A stretch of DNA of 34,727 nucleotides from a virus (lineage: Duplodnaviria; Heunggongvirae; Uroviricota; Caudoviricetes), in IMG/VR virus record IMGVR_UViG_2585427750_000024; one strand, written 5' to 3'. Below are positions 1 through 8,862 of the stretch, one piece after another; position 1 is the stretch's first letter, and each line of letters opens with the position of its first letter. The notes beneath the pieces were generated by a model. It had not been told where the DNA came from, searched no databases, and was given only the letters and a program-made list of their open reading frames with translations. A program made the position numbers and the translations under genes.

Positions 1-1002
1 TTACCCTCTATTGTCAAAAGGGTTCAATTCAACAGCAGCCTCTAAATGACCTGGAGCAAAATGCGCATAACGCATAGTCATTTTTATATCGCTATGCCCC
101 AGTATTTTTTGCAACACAAGAATATTTCCGCCCCGCATCATAAAATGACTGGCAAACGTGTGACGTAGCACATGAGTTAATTGCCCATCAGGAAGCTCGA
201 TCTTCGCTCTCTTAATTGCAGCGTCAAAAGCCTCATAACATGGTGAAAATAGCGCTCCTCGTTTTTGAGGAAGCATAGCCTGCAATTGAGGTGAAATCGG
301 TACAGTGCGGTTCTTCTTTCCTTTAGTTTTAACAAATGTGATTCGACCGGGCAGTACTTGAGATTGCTTTAATCCTTCAGCTTCACTCCACCGAGCACCA
401 GTCGCAAGCCCAATACGGACAACAACCCCCAAATCTTTATTCCGTGACTCATCACACGCAATCAGAAGGCGTTCAATCTCATCTACATACAGAAACGCCA
501 GTTCCTTTTCTTCCTCACGAAACTTGCGAATACCAGTCAGGGGGTTTTCACCAGACCACTCCCCAAGGCGCTTCAGTTCGGCAAAAACAGCATGTAGATA
601 TGACTGCTCGCGATTAACGGTTGCTTCACTAAGTTTTTTCTTCCCCTTGGGATTCCATTCTCCTGATAGCCTTCTTTCCCGATAAGTAGCAAACATATTT
701 TTGTCAAACTGAGAAGCAAATGGATCCCCCAGCCTGGAACAAATCGCCTCAAGTTTGACTTTGCGCTCTGCACCAGAGGACAAGGTTTTACCGTACATCT
801 CAAACCAACGAGCAATCAACTCAGAAAGACGAGGACCAGAACCATCTTGAAACTCGTCTCCAACTCTACTATTCATTAAACGGCGCTCATAAGAGAGCGC
901 CTCACTTTTTGTCGCAAACTGTTTACGAATGCGTTTTCCCGATGCCCCGTAGGGATAACATTCGCAAAGCCATTTACCTGATGGAATCTTACGAACCGAC
1001 AT
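1..1002 (-). CDS. int: Tyrosine recombinase / phage integrase, P2-type
   Basis: 333 aa; C-terminal catalytic region (HVLRHTFASHFMMRGGNILVLQKILGHSDIKMTMRYAHFAPGHLE) matches the R..HxxR..Y integrase signature and recalled P2 Int; stop codon TAA at 1-3 on minus strand; sits at prophage end next to the immunity region. Confidence 0.9.
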   Translation of the reverse strand: MSVRKIPSGKWLCECYPYGASGKRIRKQFATKSEALSYERRLMNSRVGDEFQDGSGPRLSELIARWFEMYGKTLSSGAERKVKLEAICSRLGDPFASQFDKNMFATYRERRLSGEWNPKGKKKLSEATVNREQSYLHAVFAELKRLGEWSGENPLTGIRKFREEEKELAFLYVDEIERLLIACDESRNKDLGVVVRIGLATGARWSEAEGLKQSQVLPGRITFVKTKGKKNRTVPISPQLQAMLPQKRGALFSPCYEAFDAAIKRAKIELPDGQLTHVLRHTFASHFMMRGGNILVLQKILGHSDIKMTMRYAHFAPGHLEAAVELNPFDNRG

Positions 1003-1007
1003 TTTAG

Positions 1008-1355
1008 TTACTTATCACATAAATCAAATGCAGCCTTAGTGACATCCCCCAGACTCTTTTTTAACCCTGGGGCGGCATCATTATCTAGCCAAAATGGATT
1101 ATTGTTATCTAACGGTAACGCACCAAATGTTTTACCTTTTATTCGAGCTAAACCTGTAAGCGCATATAACTTATTATCGTCAAAATTCATCACATAAGGA
1201 TTACCATCAAGACACTGTAATTGAACCTCATCAGTATTAAATGGCCATACCCCATTGAAACTCTCACGTTCAATAGTTTTAAAAGGCATTGCGACGGCGG
1301 AAAAAGAAAACATAGATAAAAAAGTAACTAATAGTTGAACCTTTTTTACTTTCAT
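1008..1355 (-). CDS. Small secreted/periplasmic protein of unknown function (cargo gene)
   Basis: 115 aa; N-terminal signal peptide (MKVKKVQLLVTFLSMFSFSAVA), two Cys; tightly packed between int and the upstream ORF; no P2 counterpart at this position. Confidence 0.5.
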   Translation of the reverse strand: MKVKKVQLLVTFLSMFSFSAVAMPFKTIERESFNGVWPFNTDEVQLQCLDGNPYVMNFDDNKLYALTGLARIKGKTFGALPLDNNNPFWLDNDAAPGLKKSLGDVTKAAFDLCDK

Positions 1356-1384
1356 ATCATTACCTCAATTTAGCTCAAGTAAGA

Positions 1385-2035
1385 TTACAAATTAAAAAAC
1401 ACCCTAGAAATGGCACCGCCTACCAAAACCCCTACGCAGATAAAGAATATTATTTCTTTTGGATAAAGTCGGATTAATTCTGAAGCACGAAGTCGAACTT
1501 CTGGTAAGGCCGAACTCTCTGTGTGACTTGATGCCGATTGTTGCTCTAACCACGACAATGCAGACTGTAACTGAGAACGAGTAAGATCGTTTAAACGTCC
1601 TGTACCGAAATTGATATGGCAATACCGCAGAAGTTTTTGTCGAAGTCCACAGTCTTCACTGTTACGTAGTAATAAACTTACAAGAGTCTTACAGGCATCA
1701 TGATCTTTACATCGCTCAAGCATTGCATGCAGAAAACTCTCCGCTGTTTTATATTGATTTACTGTCATATCATCAATACCAGCTACACCAATCTCCGCAT
1801 GTACTTTTTGCCAAATAATAAACGCTTCAGTATTGCTAGCTTCTGCAATAGCAGCAACCAAGCTATTTAGCTCCTTACGCTGAGCCTTAAGCAAAGGGCG
1901 ATCGTCATCATCATTATTCGAAGGGATTGCGATATTGACGGTATGAGAACCATCATATCGCTCTATCTGAATATTCTTTTCGTGAAAATCACGCCCAGCA
2001 ACGCGATTGTTTGAACCGTTTGAGTTGACGGCCAT
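1385..2035 (-). CDS. C-terminally membrane-anchored protein co-transcribed with the repressor; candidate superinfection-exclusion/abortive-infection factor
   Basis: 216 aa; strong SD (GGAGGTGAC) immediately before ATG, 15 nt after the repressor stop; single C-terminal TM helix (IIFFICVGVLVGGAISRVFF); N-terminus shares the motif SNNRVAGRDFHEK with the repressor C-terminus. Confidence 0.55.
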   Translation of the reverse strand: MAVNSNGSNNRVAGRDFHEKNIQIERYDGSHTVNIAIPSNNDDDDRPLLKAQRKELNSLVAAIAEASNTEAFIIWQKVHAEIGVAGIDDMTVNQYKTAESFLHAMLERCKDHDACKTLVSLLLRNSEDCGLRQKLLRYCHINFGTGRLNDLTRSQLQSALSWLEQQSASSHTESSALPEVRLRASELIRLYPKEIIFFICVGVLVGGAISRVFFNL

Positions 2036-2050
2036 GTCACCTCCCTACTA

Positions 2051-2455
2051 TCACCTACCCTTAGTTTCGTTATAGTCACGACCAGCGATACGGTTATTAC
2101 CACCAGAAATATTTAACTCACGTCCTGATGGCTGAGTTTCCTTTTCACTGATCGCACCTTTTAAAGCCCCGATCACCGCGTTTTTCACATCTAACGAAGC
2201 TGCTCGAAAGCGAGTAATCAACTCCTGCTCATCATCGTTATAAGTTTCAGGTGAGTGAATTCCCAACACAACATACTGAACATCAAGGCCAAAACGAGAC
2301 AGCGCTGCCAAATACGCAGCATCAGGAAAGCTATCTCCTTTCTCATATCTAAGCTGAGTTAGCTTTTTGACTCCACCAATGTCGCTCATGGCAACTTGAC
2401 TAAGTCCCAATCTTTCCCTTTCCTCACGCAACCGCTGACCAATATCATTTTTCAT
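2051..2455 (-). CDS. HTH (XRE-family) immunity repressor, P2 C-like
   Basis: 134 aa; N-terminal HTH (LGLSQVAMSDIGGVKKLTQLRYEKG); divergent from cox-like genes, adjacent to int as in P2; C-terminal tail GGNNRIAGRDYNETKGR. Confidence 0.75.
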   Translation of the reverse strand: MKNDIGQRLREERERLGLSQVAMSDIGGVKKLTQLRYEKGDSFPDAAYLAALSRFGLDVQYVVLGIHSPETYNDDEQELITRFRAASLDVKNAVIGALKGAISEKETQPSGRELNISGGNNRIAGRDYNETKGR

Positions 2456-2464
2456 ACAAAAACC

Positions 2465-2493
2465 TTGACAGGTATCTTTTTTGATACCAAAAT
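2465..2493 (+). promoter_or_regulatory. Candidate early promoter with operator palindrome (TTGACA, 17 bp, CAAAAT; GGTATC-N6-GATACC in the spacer)
   Basis: TTGACA at 2465-2470; perfect 6-bp inverted repeat GGTATC(2471-2476)/GATACC(2483-2488); weak -10 CAAAAT at 2488-2493; lies in the divergent repressor/cox intergenic region. Confidence 0.35.
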
Positions 2494-2530
2494 GATTTCA
2501 CGAGCTATTAGATGATCACAATATACCACT

Positions 2531-2737
2531 ATGAAACAAGTTCTTCACGATACCAGATCACGCATTCCGCGTAACACCGCCACAGGTCCAAGACTGGCAC
2601 TTCGGCTGTCCCTCGAGGAGCGAGCCGTCATTGATGAAATGGCAGCTAAAGAACAACGCTCATCCTCTAACATGGCGCGCATGATCTTCCTTCGCGGCCT
2701 AGAGCTAACCCAGAAAGAACAAAACAAATCTTCCTGA
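2531..2737 (+). CDS. Small ribbon-helix-helix-like DNA-binding protein
   Basis: 68 aa; pattern LALRLSLEERAVIDEMAAKEQRSSSNMARMIFLRGL resembles RHH/CopG/MobC-type regulators; first gene of the rightward early operon. Confidence 0.45.
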   Translation: MKQVLHDTRSRIPRNTATGPRLALRLSLEERAVIDEMAAKEQRSSSNMARMIFLRGLELTQKEQNKSS

Positions 2738-2753
2738 TCAGGAGGCTAGTGGG

Positions 2754-2957
2754 ATGTCAGGTATAACCATCAATATCAATGTGAATGCCCCCTATGTATC
2801 CCTGCAGAAATATGCAGAGATAACAGGTATCCCTCTTAATACATGCAAAAAGATGTTGGCTGACGGTCGAATTATTATCCGCCCCAAACGCGCCAAAATG
2901 GAAAAGCCTGAAGTAAACCTTGTGGCGATGTTAAAAGACGCTTTGGCTAACAGCTAA
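2754..2957 (+). CDS. Cox-like HTH excisionase / early-switch regulator
   Basis: 67 aa; segment YVSLQKYAEITGIPLNTCKKMLADGRI resembles the HTH of recalled P2 Cox (YQEFAKLIGKSTGAVRRMIDKGKLP); RBS GGAGG upstream. Confidence 0.5.
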   Translation: MSGITININVNAPYVSLQKYAEITGIPLNTCKKMLADGRIIIRPKRAKMEKPEVNLVAMLKDALANS

Positions 2958-2978
2958 AACAATGAACAGAGCATCATC

Positions 2979-3329
2979 ATGAAAAAAAACACTAATAATC
3001 CATACTCCAAATTTCGTAATGGCGTAGAACGCCATGTACACCACGTCGCTACCAGTGCATCACGTAGTAACAGCCGCTATAACCTGAACGAGACGCACGC
3101 AACACCAGATGGGCACGCTGTAAAACAAATCGGCGAACACACCTGGCTGATTGAGAAAGCTGGAATCGTGGTTCACAGATGCCCACACAATCCGTTTACC
3201 GGAAACCGCATTTTTGCATTAAGCAGCGGCGATAATCAGTTCGGGCAGGATTTCACATTGTACGAAGCACTACGCACAGTCGATCGTCTGCTTCGCGGGC
3301 AAAGTTTTATTAAACAGGCTGCTTTATAA
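2979..3329 (+). CDS. Hypothetical early protein
   Basis: 116 aa ORF in early operon, no recognisable family. Confidence 0.5.
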   Translation: MKKNTNNPYSKFRNGVERHVHHVATSASRSNSRYNLNETHATPDGHAVKQIGEHTWLIEKAGIVVHRCPHNPFTGNRIFALSSGDNQFGQDFTLYEALRTVDRLLRGQSFIKQAAL

Positions 3330-3339
3330 CAGGTGCTTT

Positions 3340-3618
3340 ATGACTAAAGACCATGCACAAGGTGTATTTATCCGCTTTATTGATTTTCGCGGTGAACTGT
3401 TATTACGCGCATCAGCTATTGACGGAGTAGTTCCATCTGAAAAAAACGCAGCTACCTACGTTTATCTGAACGGTACACGCCTGACTGTAGAGCTTCCGTA
3501 CCAGATCATTCGCGAAATAATTAGCGAAGCCGAAAAATCTCGTCAGGTTAATGGCGATGAACCCTATATCGAGATTATCTGCATGGATTCAGAAGCTGAA
3601 ATTCAGAAAGCAGATTAA
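3340..3618 (+). CDS. Hypothetical early protein
   Basis: 92 aa ORF, tightly spaced in the same operon. Confidence 0.5.
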   Translation: MTKDHAQGVFIRFIDFRGELLLRASAIDGVVPSEKNAATYVYLNGTRLTVELPYQIIREIISEAEKSRQVNGDEPYIEIICMDSEAEIQKAD

Positions 3619-3629
3619 AGGGTGTTGCG

Positions 3630-3872
3630 ATGGATAAAGAATATAAAACTCTCATCAACAAAGCACTTGAGCGTTTTTATTTTCGTTTAAGCGCATCCGG
3701 CGCTCATTCAGAACGTGCAGCCCGTGACTCATTGACTAGGGCTATCCGGAGTCTGTATGACGTAGCTTTTTACGCTGACGATCTGGATGCACTTAATGAA
3801 CTTTCTGAGCTTATCTGCGCCGCAGAATGCGGGGAGCATATTGAGCCGTACAAACTGGGAAATATCGCATGA
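3630..3872 (+). CDS. Hypothetical early protein
   Basis: 80 aa ORF; its stop overlaps the ATG of the next small ORF (ATGA). Confidence 0.5.
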   Translation: MDKEYKTLINKALERFYFRLSASGAHSERAARDSLTRAIRSLYDVAFYADDLDALNELSELICAAECGEHIEPYKLGNIA

Positions 3873-3982
3873 GTATATTTATATCCTGGATTGTTCTTAT
3901 TATTTCGGTGGTTTGTGCAATTGGTATTATGCGAATTATTAATTCAGTAAAAAAGATTGAACGCTTTTTCACTGGCGAATAA
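3869..3982 (+). CDS. Small hydrophobic membrane peptide (37 aa), not in the ORF track
   Basis: Hand translation: MSIFISWIVLIISVVCAIGIMRIINSVKKIERFFTGE; one TM helix plus charged tail; ATG overlaps upstream stop; lies in an AT-rich patch. Confidence 0.3.
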   Translation: MSIFISWIVLIISVVCAIGIMRIINSVKKIERFFTGE

Positions 3983-4017
3983 CCGCATAAATAAAACCCC
4001 AGCTTAAATAAAAAAAT

Positions 4018-4272
4018 GTGAACACAATCTGCATTCGCAGAGGTATTCACACACACCAAGGAGGCGTAATGGCAATTAAGCATTTTCCTGTCGTTCGTTT
4101 CACCTCCAGAGGACGTGAATACGAAGTCGACGAACGTCTGATTACCACAATCGACAAACACCGCTCAGAAAAGGATGCACACCACATCTATCTCACTGAC
4201 GGCACTTACTTTTGCGCCACTAATGTGGCGCGGGTGAATCTTATCCGACAGGTACAGGATCCACGCAAATGA
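4018..4272 (+). CDS. Hypothetical early protein (likely start at internal ATG ~4069)
   Basis: 84 aa in track; internal M (MAIKHFPV) gives ~68 aa. Confidence 0.45.
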   Translation: MNTICIRRGIHTHQGGVMAIKHFPVVRFTSRGREYEVDERLITTIDKHRSEKDAHHIYLTDGTYFCATNVARVNLIRQVQDPRK

Positions 4273-4487
4273 GTAGGAGAAGAATCACTCGCAGACATCA
4301 CCGAACACACCTGAGTTCCTCAGCAACGCTAAAGGCACTTATTCAAAGCGAGATCGGTGATTTCTTCGCGGGAGTTGGCTCACCAGGCGAACCAGAAACA
4401 CCAGAAGCGATGCAGCGTGAGCTCATGATACGCATAGATAACACTTTTGATTTCTTCTACAGCATGCACGGAATTAAACAGAAATGA
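4269..4487 (+). CDS. Hypothetical early protein
   Basis: 72 aa, start overlaps previous stop (ATGA). Confidence 0.45.
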   Translation: MSRRRITRRHHRTHLSSSATLKALIQSEIGDFFAGVGSPGEPETPEAMQRELMIRIDNTFDFFYSMHGIKQK

Positions 4488-4595
4488 ACCTCAAGCCAGC
4501 AATAACTACTCGTAGAACGTCAATTCCTGTAACCGACCGCTTCTGAGTTTTTTGGCAGGAAGCCTTCGCACATCTGTAGTAAAGAGAATTGCAGC

Positions 4596-4985
4596 ATGAT
4601 TGACGCTCATGACTTCACAAGATGGGTGCGCACACAGGACACCCGTCTGGCTCCCGTTCTTCAGGGATTATTTGATCTCTACATCCGTGGTCGTGACAAC
4701 AGAGCACGCACCACAAAACCGGAGAATGCAGACACCCTTTATTTCACAGTAGACGACTGCTACCGCGTGGACTTCACACCACACGGGCTGGCGTTGCACT
4801 GCCTGACACCACACGGCGAATCACTGCTGGCGTATTACGACTCCCCGGCCTCCATATTTGCGGCAATGCTGGCGCATCGCACTGCTGGCGGGTGTGCCTC
4901 GCTGATTGAATACTCCGCTGAATTTAACCGCCTTTCCGCCCTCTTCTCACAGGAGTGGCAGCGCGTGACGGGATACCAGCCATGA
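4596..4985 (+). CDS. Hypothetical protein translationally coupled to replication gene A
   Basis: 129 aa; stop TGA 4983-4985 overlaps the ATG 4982-4984 of A. Confidence 0.5.
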   Translation: MIDAHDFTRWVRTQDTRLAPVLQGLFDLYIRGRDNRARTTKPENADTLYFTVDDCYRVDFTPHGLALHCLTPHGESLLAYYDSPASIFAAMLAHRTAGGCASLIEYSAEFNRLSALFSQEWQRVTGYQP

Positions 4986-7822
4986 GTGCGTTTGCATGGA
5001 GCTGGAATGAACCACGGCCAGCCATTGATCCGGCCAGATTTACGGAGCGCAGGCAGGAAACTGAAACCGACCTGCAACGCGCCATCCGTTACTACCTTGA
5101 GGCAAACAAAAGGGCACAGGAAGAACAGGAAGCGAAGGAAGAAGCCTTTTTCGCACAATCCACCGTGGGTAAAAAACTCATGGCATCCCTTGAGGAAGCC
5201 GGACAGCGTGAAAAGCTGGCACAAAGCATCATCAGCAAGCGTCAGGCAACAGAACAAGACCCGGTGGCCCGTGCTTTTGCCACACTGAAGGTGCTTCCCG
5301 TTTATCTGCGTGAACCTCTGAGCCGCCACCTCTCTTTTCTGCGCAAGAAGCAGGAAGCCGATCGTCAGAAAGGCAAAAAGAGCTGGCAGGCTGAACGCTA
5401 CGCGCGCGGAACCCTGCGCAAAATATTCGAACGTCTGGACCGCACCGACAGCCGCTGGCTGACACCGGGCTATCGCTCCCTTGCCGGACGCGAACGCCTG
5501 GACGATTTGCTTTACCTGCCGCAGCTCAACAAACACCAGATACAGACGCTGGCCACCATGACGGCGGCGATGTTCAGTGGCACTTTTGAAAAACTCTGCG
5601 ATGGCTTTGGCGCGACCGATGGCGAGCTGACCATGGATGTAACGCTGAAGGCGTATCAGATGCTGGCCCGCATGGCGTTACACCTGCACGCTATGCCTCC
5701 ACATTATGACGCTCTGACAACAGACAAAGACCGGAGGAATGAACCGGACACGGAGCTGCTGCCGGGCGCAATCCTTCGCCTGACCTGTGCGGAATGGTGG
5801 AAACGCAAACTGTGGCTGTTACGTTGCGAGTGGAGAGAAGAACAACTCCGCGCCGCCTGTCTGGTTTCCAGAAAAACATCACCCTATCTGAGCCAGGACG
5901 CGTTAAGCGAGTTTCGCGCACAGCGCGAGAAAACACGCGATTTCCTGAAAAGTTTCATGCTGGAAAACGAAGACGGGTTCACGATTGATCTCGAGACAGT
6001 GTATTACGCGGGAGTAAGTAACCCGATTCACCGTAAGGCAGAAATGATGGCCACCATGAAGGGGCTGGAACTTCTGGCCGAAGCCCGTGGCGACAGAGCG
6101 GTGTTTCTGACTGTCACCTGCCCGTCAAAATACCACGCCACAACAGAGAACGGTCATCCGAATCCCAAATGGAACGGGGCCACCATGCGCGACTCCAGCG
6201 ATTACCTGGTTAACACGTTTTTTGCGGCGGTCCGCAAGAAACTGAACCGCGACGGCCTGCGCTGGTATGGCATCCGCACGGTGGAGCCTCACCATGACGG
6301 CACCGTGCACTGGCATATGATGGTCTTTGCTCATCCGGAAGAAATCGACACCATTGTGTCCCACACCCGCGATATTGCCATTCAGGAAGACCGCCACGAG
6401 CTGGGCAATGATATTACTCCGCGCTTTAAGGTGGAGTATGTCGACGGCTCAAAAGGCACGCCAACCAGCTACATCGCCACCTACATCGGAAAGAACCTGG
6501 ACAGCCGCGCCGTGGATGGCATCGACCCGAAAACGGGCAAGCCACGCGTTGACCACGAAACCGGAAAATCAATGGCCGAGAGCGTGGAACGCGCCATCGG
6601 CTGGGCACGCCTTCACCGGGTCCGCCAGTTCCAGTTCTTTGGCATCCCCTCCCGTCAGGTATGGCGTGAACTCCGCCGCCTTGCCAGCCAGATGGCACGC
6701 AACCCGGAAGGCCCACAACGGCTGAAGGATGATGCAATGGATGCGGTACTCGCTGCCGCTGATGCCGGGTGTTTTGCCACCTACATTGAGAAACAGGGCG
6801 GCGTACTTGTTCCACGCAAAGACTACCTGATTCGCACCGCCTACGACCTCGCAGATGAGCTGAACGATTACGGCGAACAGAGCGTACAGATTTACGGGAT
6901 CTGGTCACCACTCATCGGGGAATCCTCCCGTGTGTGCACGCACTCGGATAACTGGAAGCTGGTAAGACGTAAACCGGAAGCGGAAGACAGCACCCGCGAA
7001 AATGGTTTTGACCTTCAGGGCGGCCCTGCCGCCCCTTGGACTCGTGGCAATAACTGTCCCCGTGTACAGGAAACGGACAACAACGGGACAGAACAGCCGG
7101 AAGAAAGGCCAGCACCGTGGCCGCAGCTTCCTGACGGCGTTGACGTGAATGAATGGATGCGCTCACTGAAACGGCACGAACGCCGGGCGCTGATGCGTTC
7201 GCTGCGTGACAAACAGGCAAAAAACAGCAGTGATGAAATGCAGAACTGGACACAGAGCCGCAAACAGCCACGGCCTTTGCCTGATAACCACGAGTTACTC
7301 GCTAAAGAATGGCGGGAGTCTGCTGAATCTCTCGGCCTGCATATCGGTGAACAGCAGATGCAGCACCTGTTACGGGGCGGCAGTCTGTACGTTGACGGCA
7401 GCATCATTGCACCGCAGGGATTTGAAATTGTACGCAAACCAGATACCCGCCCGGACAGCCGAATCACGCAACTCTGGCAGCGCCTGAGCCGTAATCACGG
7501 CGTAAGCAGCACGGAGATCCGCCATAACCCGGTCGCCAGCTATCTGGAACAGCTGGGGGCATCAGACCCCGAAGCCGCCGCACACCTGGCATCCACACTT
7601 CAGCAGGACCAGAACACCATGAAAACCCCCGTTACCGTGCTTTCTGACATGCTGCGCGCCATCCGTGACGCAGTGCACGCACAGAGAATCAGTGAAACCA
7701 CTGAACGCGCCCACCGCAAAGCAGACCTGCTGCGGGGTAGCCTGACCAGTGGAAACAAAAAACAGACAGAAACGGGACTCACAAATCCCGTAAATGAGCA
7801 AAAAACGTGCCGCGATATATGA
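4955..7822 (+). CDS. A: Replication initiation protein A (rolling-circle HUH endonuclease), P2 gpA-like; probable true start 4982
   Basis: 955 aa; motifs TCPSKYH and EPHHDGTVHWHMMVF match recalled P2 A; ~200 aa longer than P2 A with a C-terminal extension. Confidence 0.9.
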   Translation: MAARDGIPAMSAFAWSWNEPRPAIDPARFTERRQETETDLQRAIRYYLEANKRAQEEQEAKEEAFFAQSTVGKKLMASLEEAGQREKLAQSIISKRQATEQDPVARAFATLKVLPVYLREPLSRHLSFLRKKQEADRQKGKKSWQAERYARGTLRKIFERLDRTDSRWLTPGYRSLAGRERLDDLLYLPQLNKHQIQTLATMTAAMFSGTFEKLCDGFGATDGELTMDVTLKAYQMLARMALHLHAMPPHYDALTTDKDRRNEPDTELLPGAILRLTCAEWWKRKLWLLRCEWREEQLRAACLVSRKTSPYLSQDALSEFRAQREKTRDFLKSFMLENEDGFTIDLETVYYAGVSNPIHRKAEMMATMKGLELLAEARGDRAVFLTVTCPSKYHATTENGHPNPKWNGATMRDSSDYLVNTFFAAVRKKLNRDGLRWYGIRTVEPHHDGTVHWHMMVFAHPEEIDTIVSHTRDIAIQEDRHELGNDITPRFKVEYVDGSKGTPTSYIATYIGKNLDSRAVDGIDPKTGKPRVDHETGKSMAESVERAIGWARLHRVRQFQFFGIPSRQVWRELRRLASQMARNPEGPQRLKDDAMDAVLAAADAGCFATYIEKQGGVLVPRKDYLIRTAYDLADELNDYGEQSVQIYGIWSPLIGESSRVCTHSDNWKLVRRKPEAEDSTRENGFDLQGGPAAPWTRGNNCPRVQETDNNGTEQPEERPAPWPQLPDGVDVNEWMRSLKRHERRALMRSLRDKQAKNSSDEMQNWTQSRKQPRPLPDNHELLAKEWRESAESLGLHIGEQQMQHLLRGGSLYVDGSIIAPQGFEIVRKPDTRPDSRITQLWQRLSRNHGVSSTEIRHNPVASYLEQLGASDPEAAAHLASTLQQDQNTMKTPVTVLSDMLRAIRDAVHAQRISETTERAHRKADLLRGSLTSGNKKQTETGLTNPVNEQKTCRDI

Positions 7823-7898
7823 AGCGCGCACAAAACAGGCAAAAGCGGGATTTAAAAATCCTGTAACCGATTAATTAATCAACACAAGGAAAAGCGAC

Positions 7899-8858
7899 AT
7901 GAAAATTTGTATCGACGACGGCTCCACCAACATCAAGCTGGCATGGACTGAGAACGGCGAACGCCGCAACGCCATCAGCCCGAACAGCTTCAAGTCGGAA
8001 TGGTCTGCGCCGTTCGGTGGCACGCAGCCCGCGAACTACATGCTTGATGGCGTGCGCTATGGTTTTGATCCGGTCAGCGATCGCTTTGTCCAGACGACCG
8101 ACACGCAATACCAGTACAGCGATGTGAATATAATTGCCATTCATCACGCGCTGGTCAAATCAGGCATCACACCACAGGAAGTGGATGTGGTTGTCACCCT
8201 GCCACTGAGCGAGTATTTCGATACAAACGCACAGCCGGACATGGCCAACATCAACCGCAAAAAAGCGAACGTCATGCGCCCGGTGGAGTACCAGAACGGC
8301 GAAGCATTCACTATCCGTAACGTACGGGTTATGCCTGAATCCATTCCGGCTGGCTTTAAGGCACTGGCTGACATGAGTCCGTTTGAATCCCTGCTGATTG
8401 TGGATTTGGGCGGAACCACTCTGGATGTGGCAAAGGTTCAGGGGCAACTGGCAGGTATCAGCCAGGTGTTTTGCGATCCACACGTGGGCGTTTCTCTGAT
8501 GGCCGATGCCGTACTGTCGGTGATGGCCACTAACGGTATGCGCACCAGTCACCACATCGCCAATACCATTATCGAACATCGCCATGATGAAGCCTGGCTG
8601 CGCCAGCACATCCACAATGACGCGCATTACGCCAGCCTGATGGCGGTTATTCGTGAAAAGGAAGAAACACTGAAACAACGCGTGATCCGCGCGCTGGCGG
8701 GTTTTTCGGGTTACGGGCGGGTGATGGTTGTCGGTGGAGGGGCGGAGATTGTGGCACCCGCTATCCGCGAAGCCTGCGGAGTTAATGCGACTTTCATCGC
8801 GGACGGGGTGCCACAGTTTGCTCTGGTTAATGGGCTGTACGCAATGGACAAGGAGTAA
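7899..8858 (+). CDS. parM: ParM/StbA-like actin-like segregation ATPase (type II partition)
   Basis: 319 aa; MKICIDDGSTNIKLAW, ISPNSFK.EW, VMPESIPAG, IVDLGGTTLD, VMVVGGGAE, ALVNGLY all align with recalled plasmid R1 ParM. Confidence 0.85.
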   Translation: MKICIDDGSTNIKLAWTENGERRNAISPNSFKSEWSAPFGGTQPANYMLDGVRYGFDPVSDRFVQTTDTQYQYSDVNIIAIHHALVKSGITPQEVDVVVTLPLSEYFDTNAQPDMANINRKKANVMRPVEYQNGEAFTIRNVRVMPESIPAGFKALADMSPFESLLIVDLGGTTLDVAKVQGQLAGISQVFCDPHVGVSLMADAVLSVMATNGMRTSHHIANTIIEHRHDEAWLRQHIHNDAHYASLMAVIREKEETLKQRVIRALAGFSGYGRVMVVGGGAEIVAPAIREACGVNATFIADGVPQFALVNGLYAMDKE

Positions 8859-8862
8859 ACCA

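Noticed and set aside
4835-5536. 233-aa minus-strand ORF overlapping the 5' part of gene A
   Set aside because: Antisense to a well-supported conserved gene (A); no RBS context; typical spurious long ORF in GC-rich antisense frame.
6426-7467. Several Arg/Cys-rich minus-strand ORFs (6426..6911, 6912..7271, 7015..7467) inside gene A
   Set aside because: Low-complexity antisense translations of the A coding strand; no independent support.
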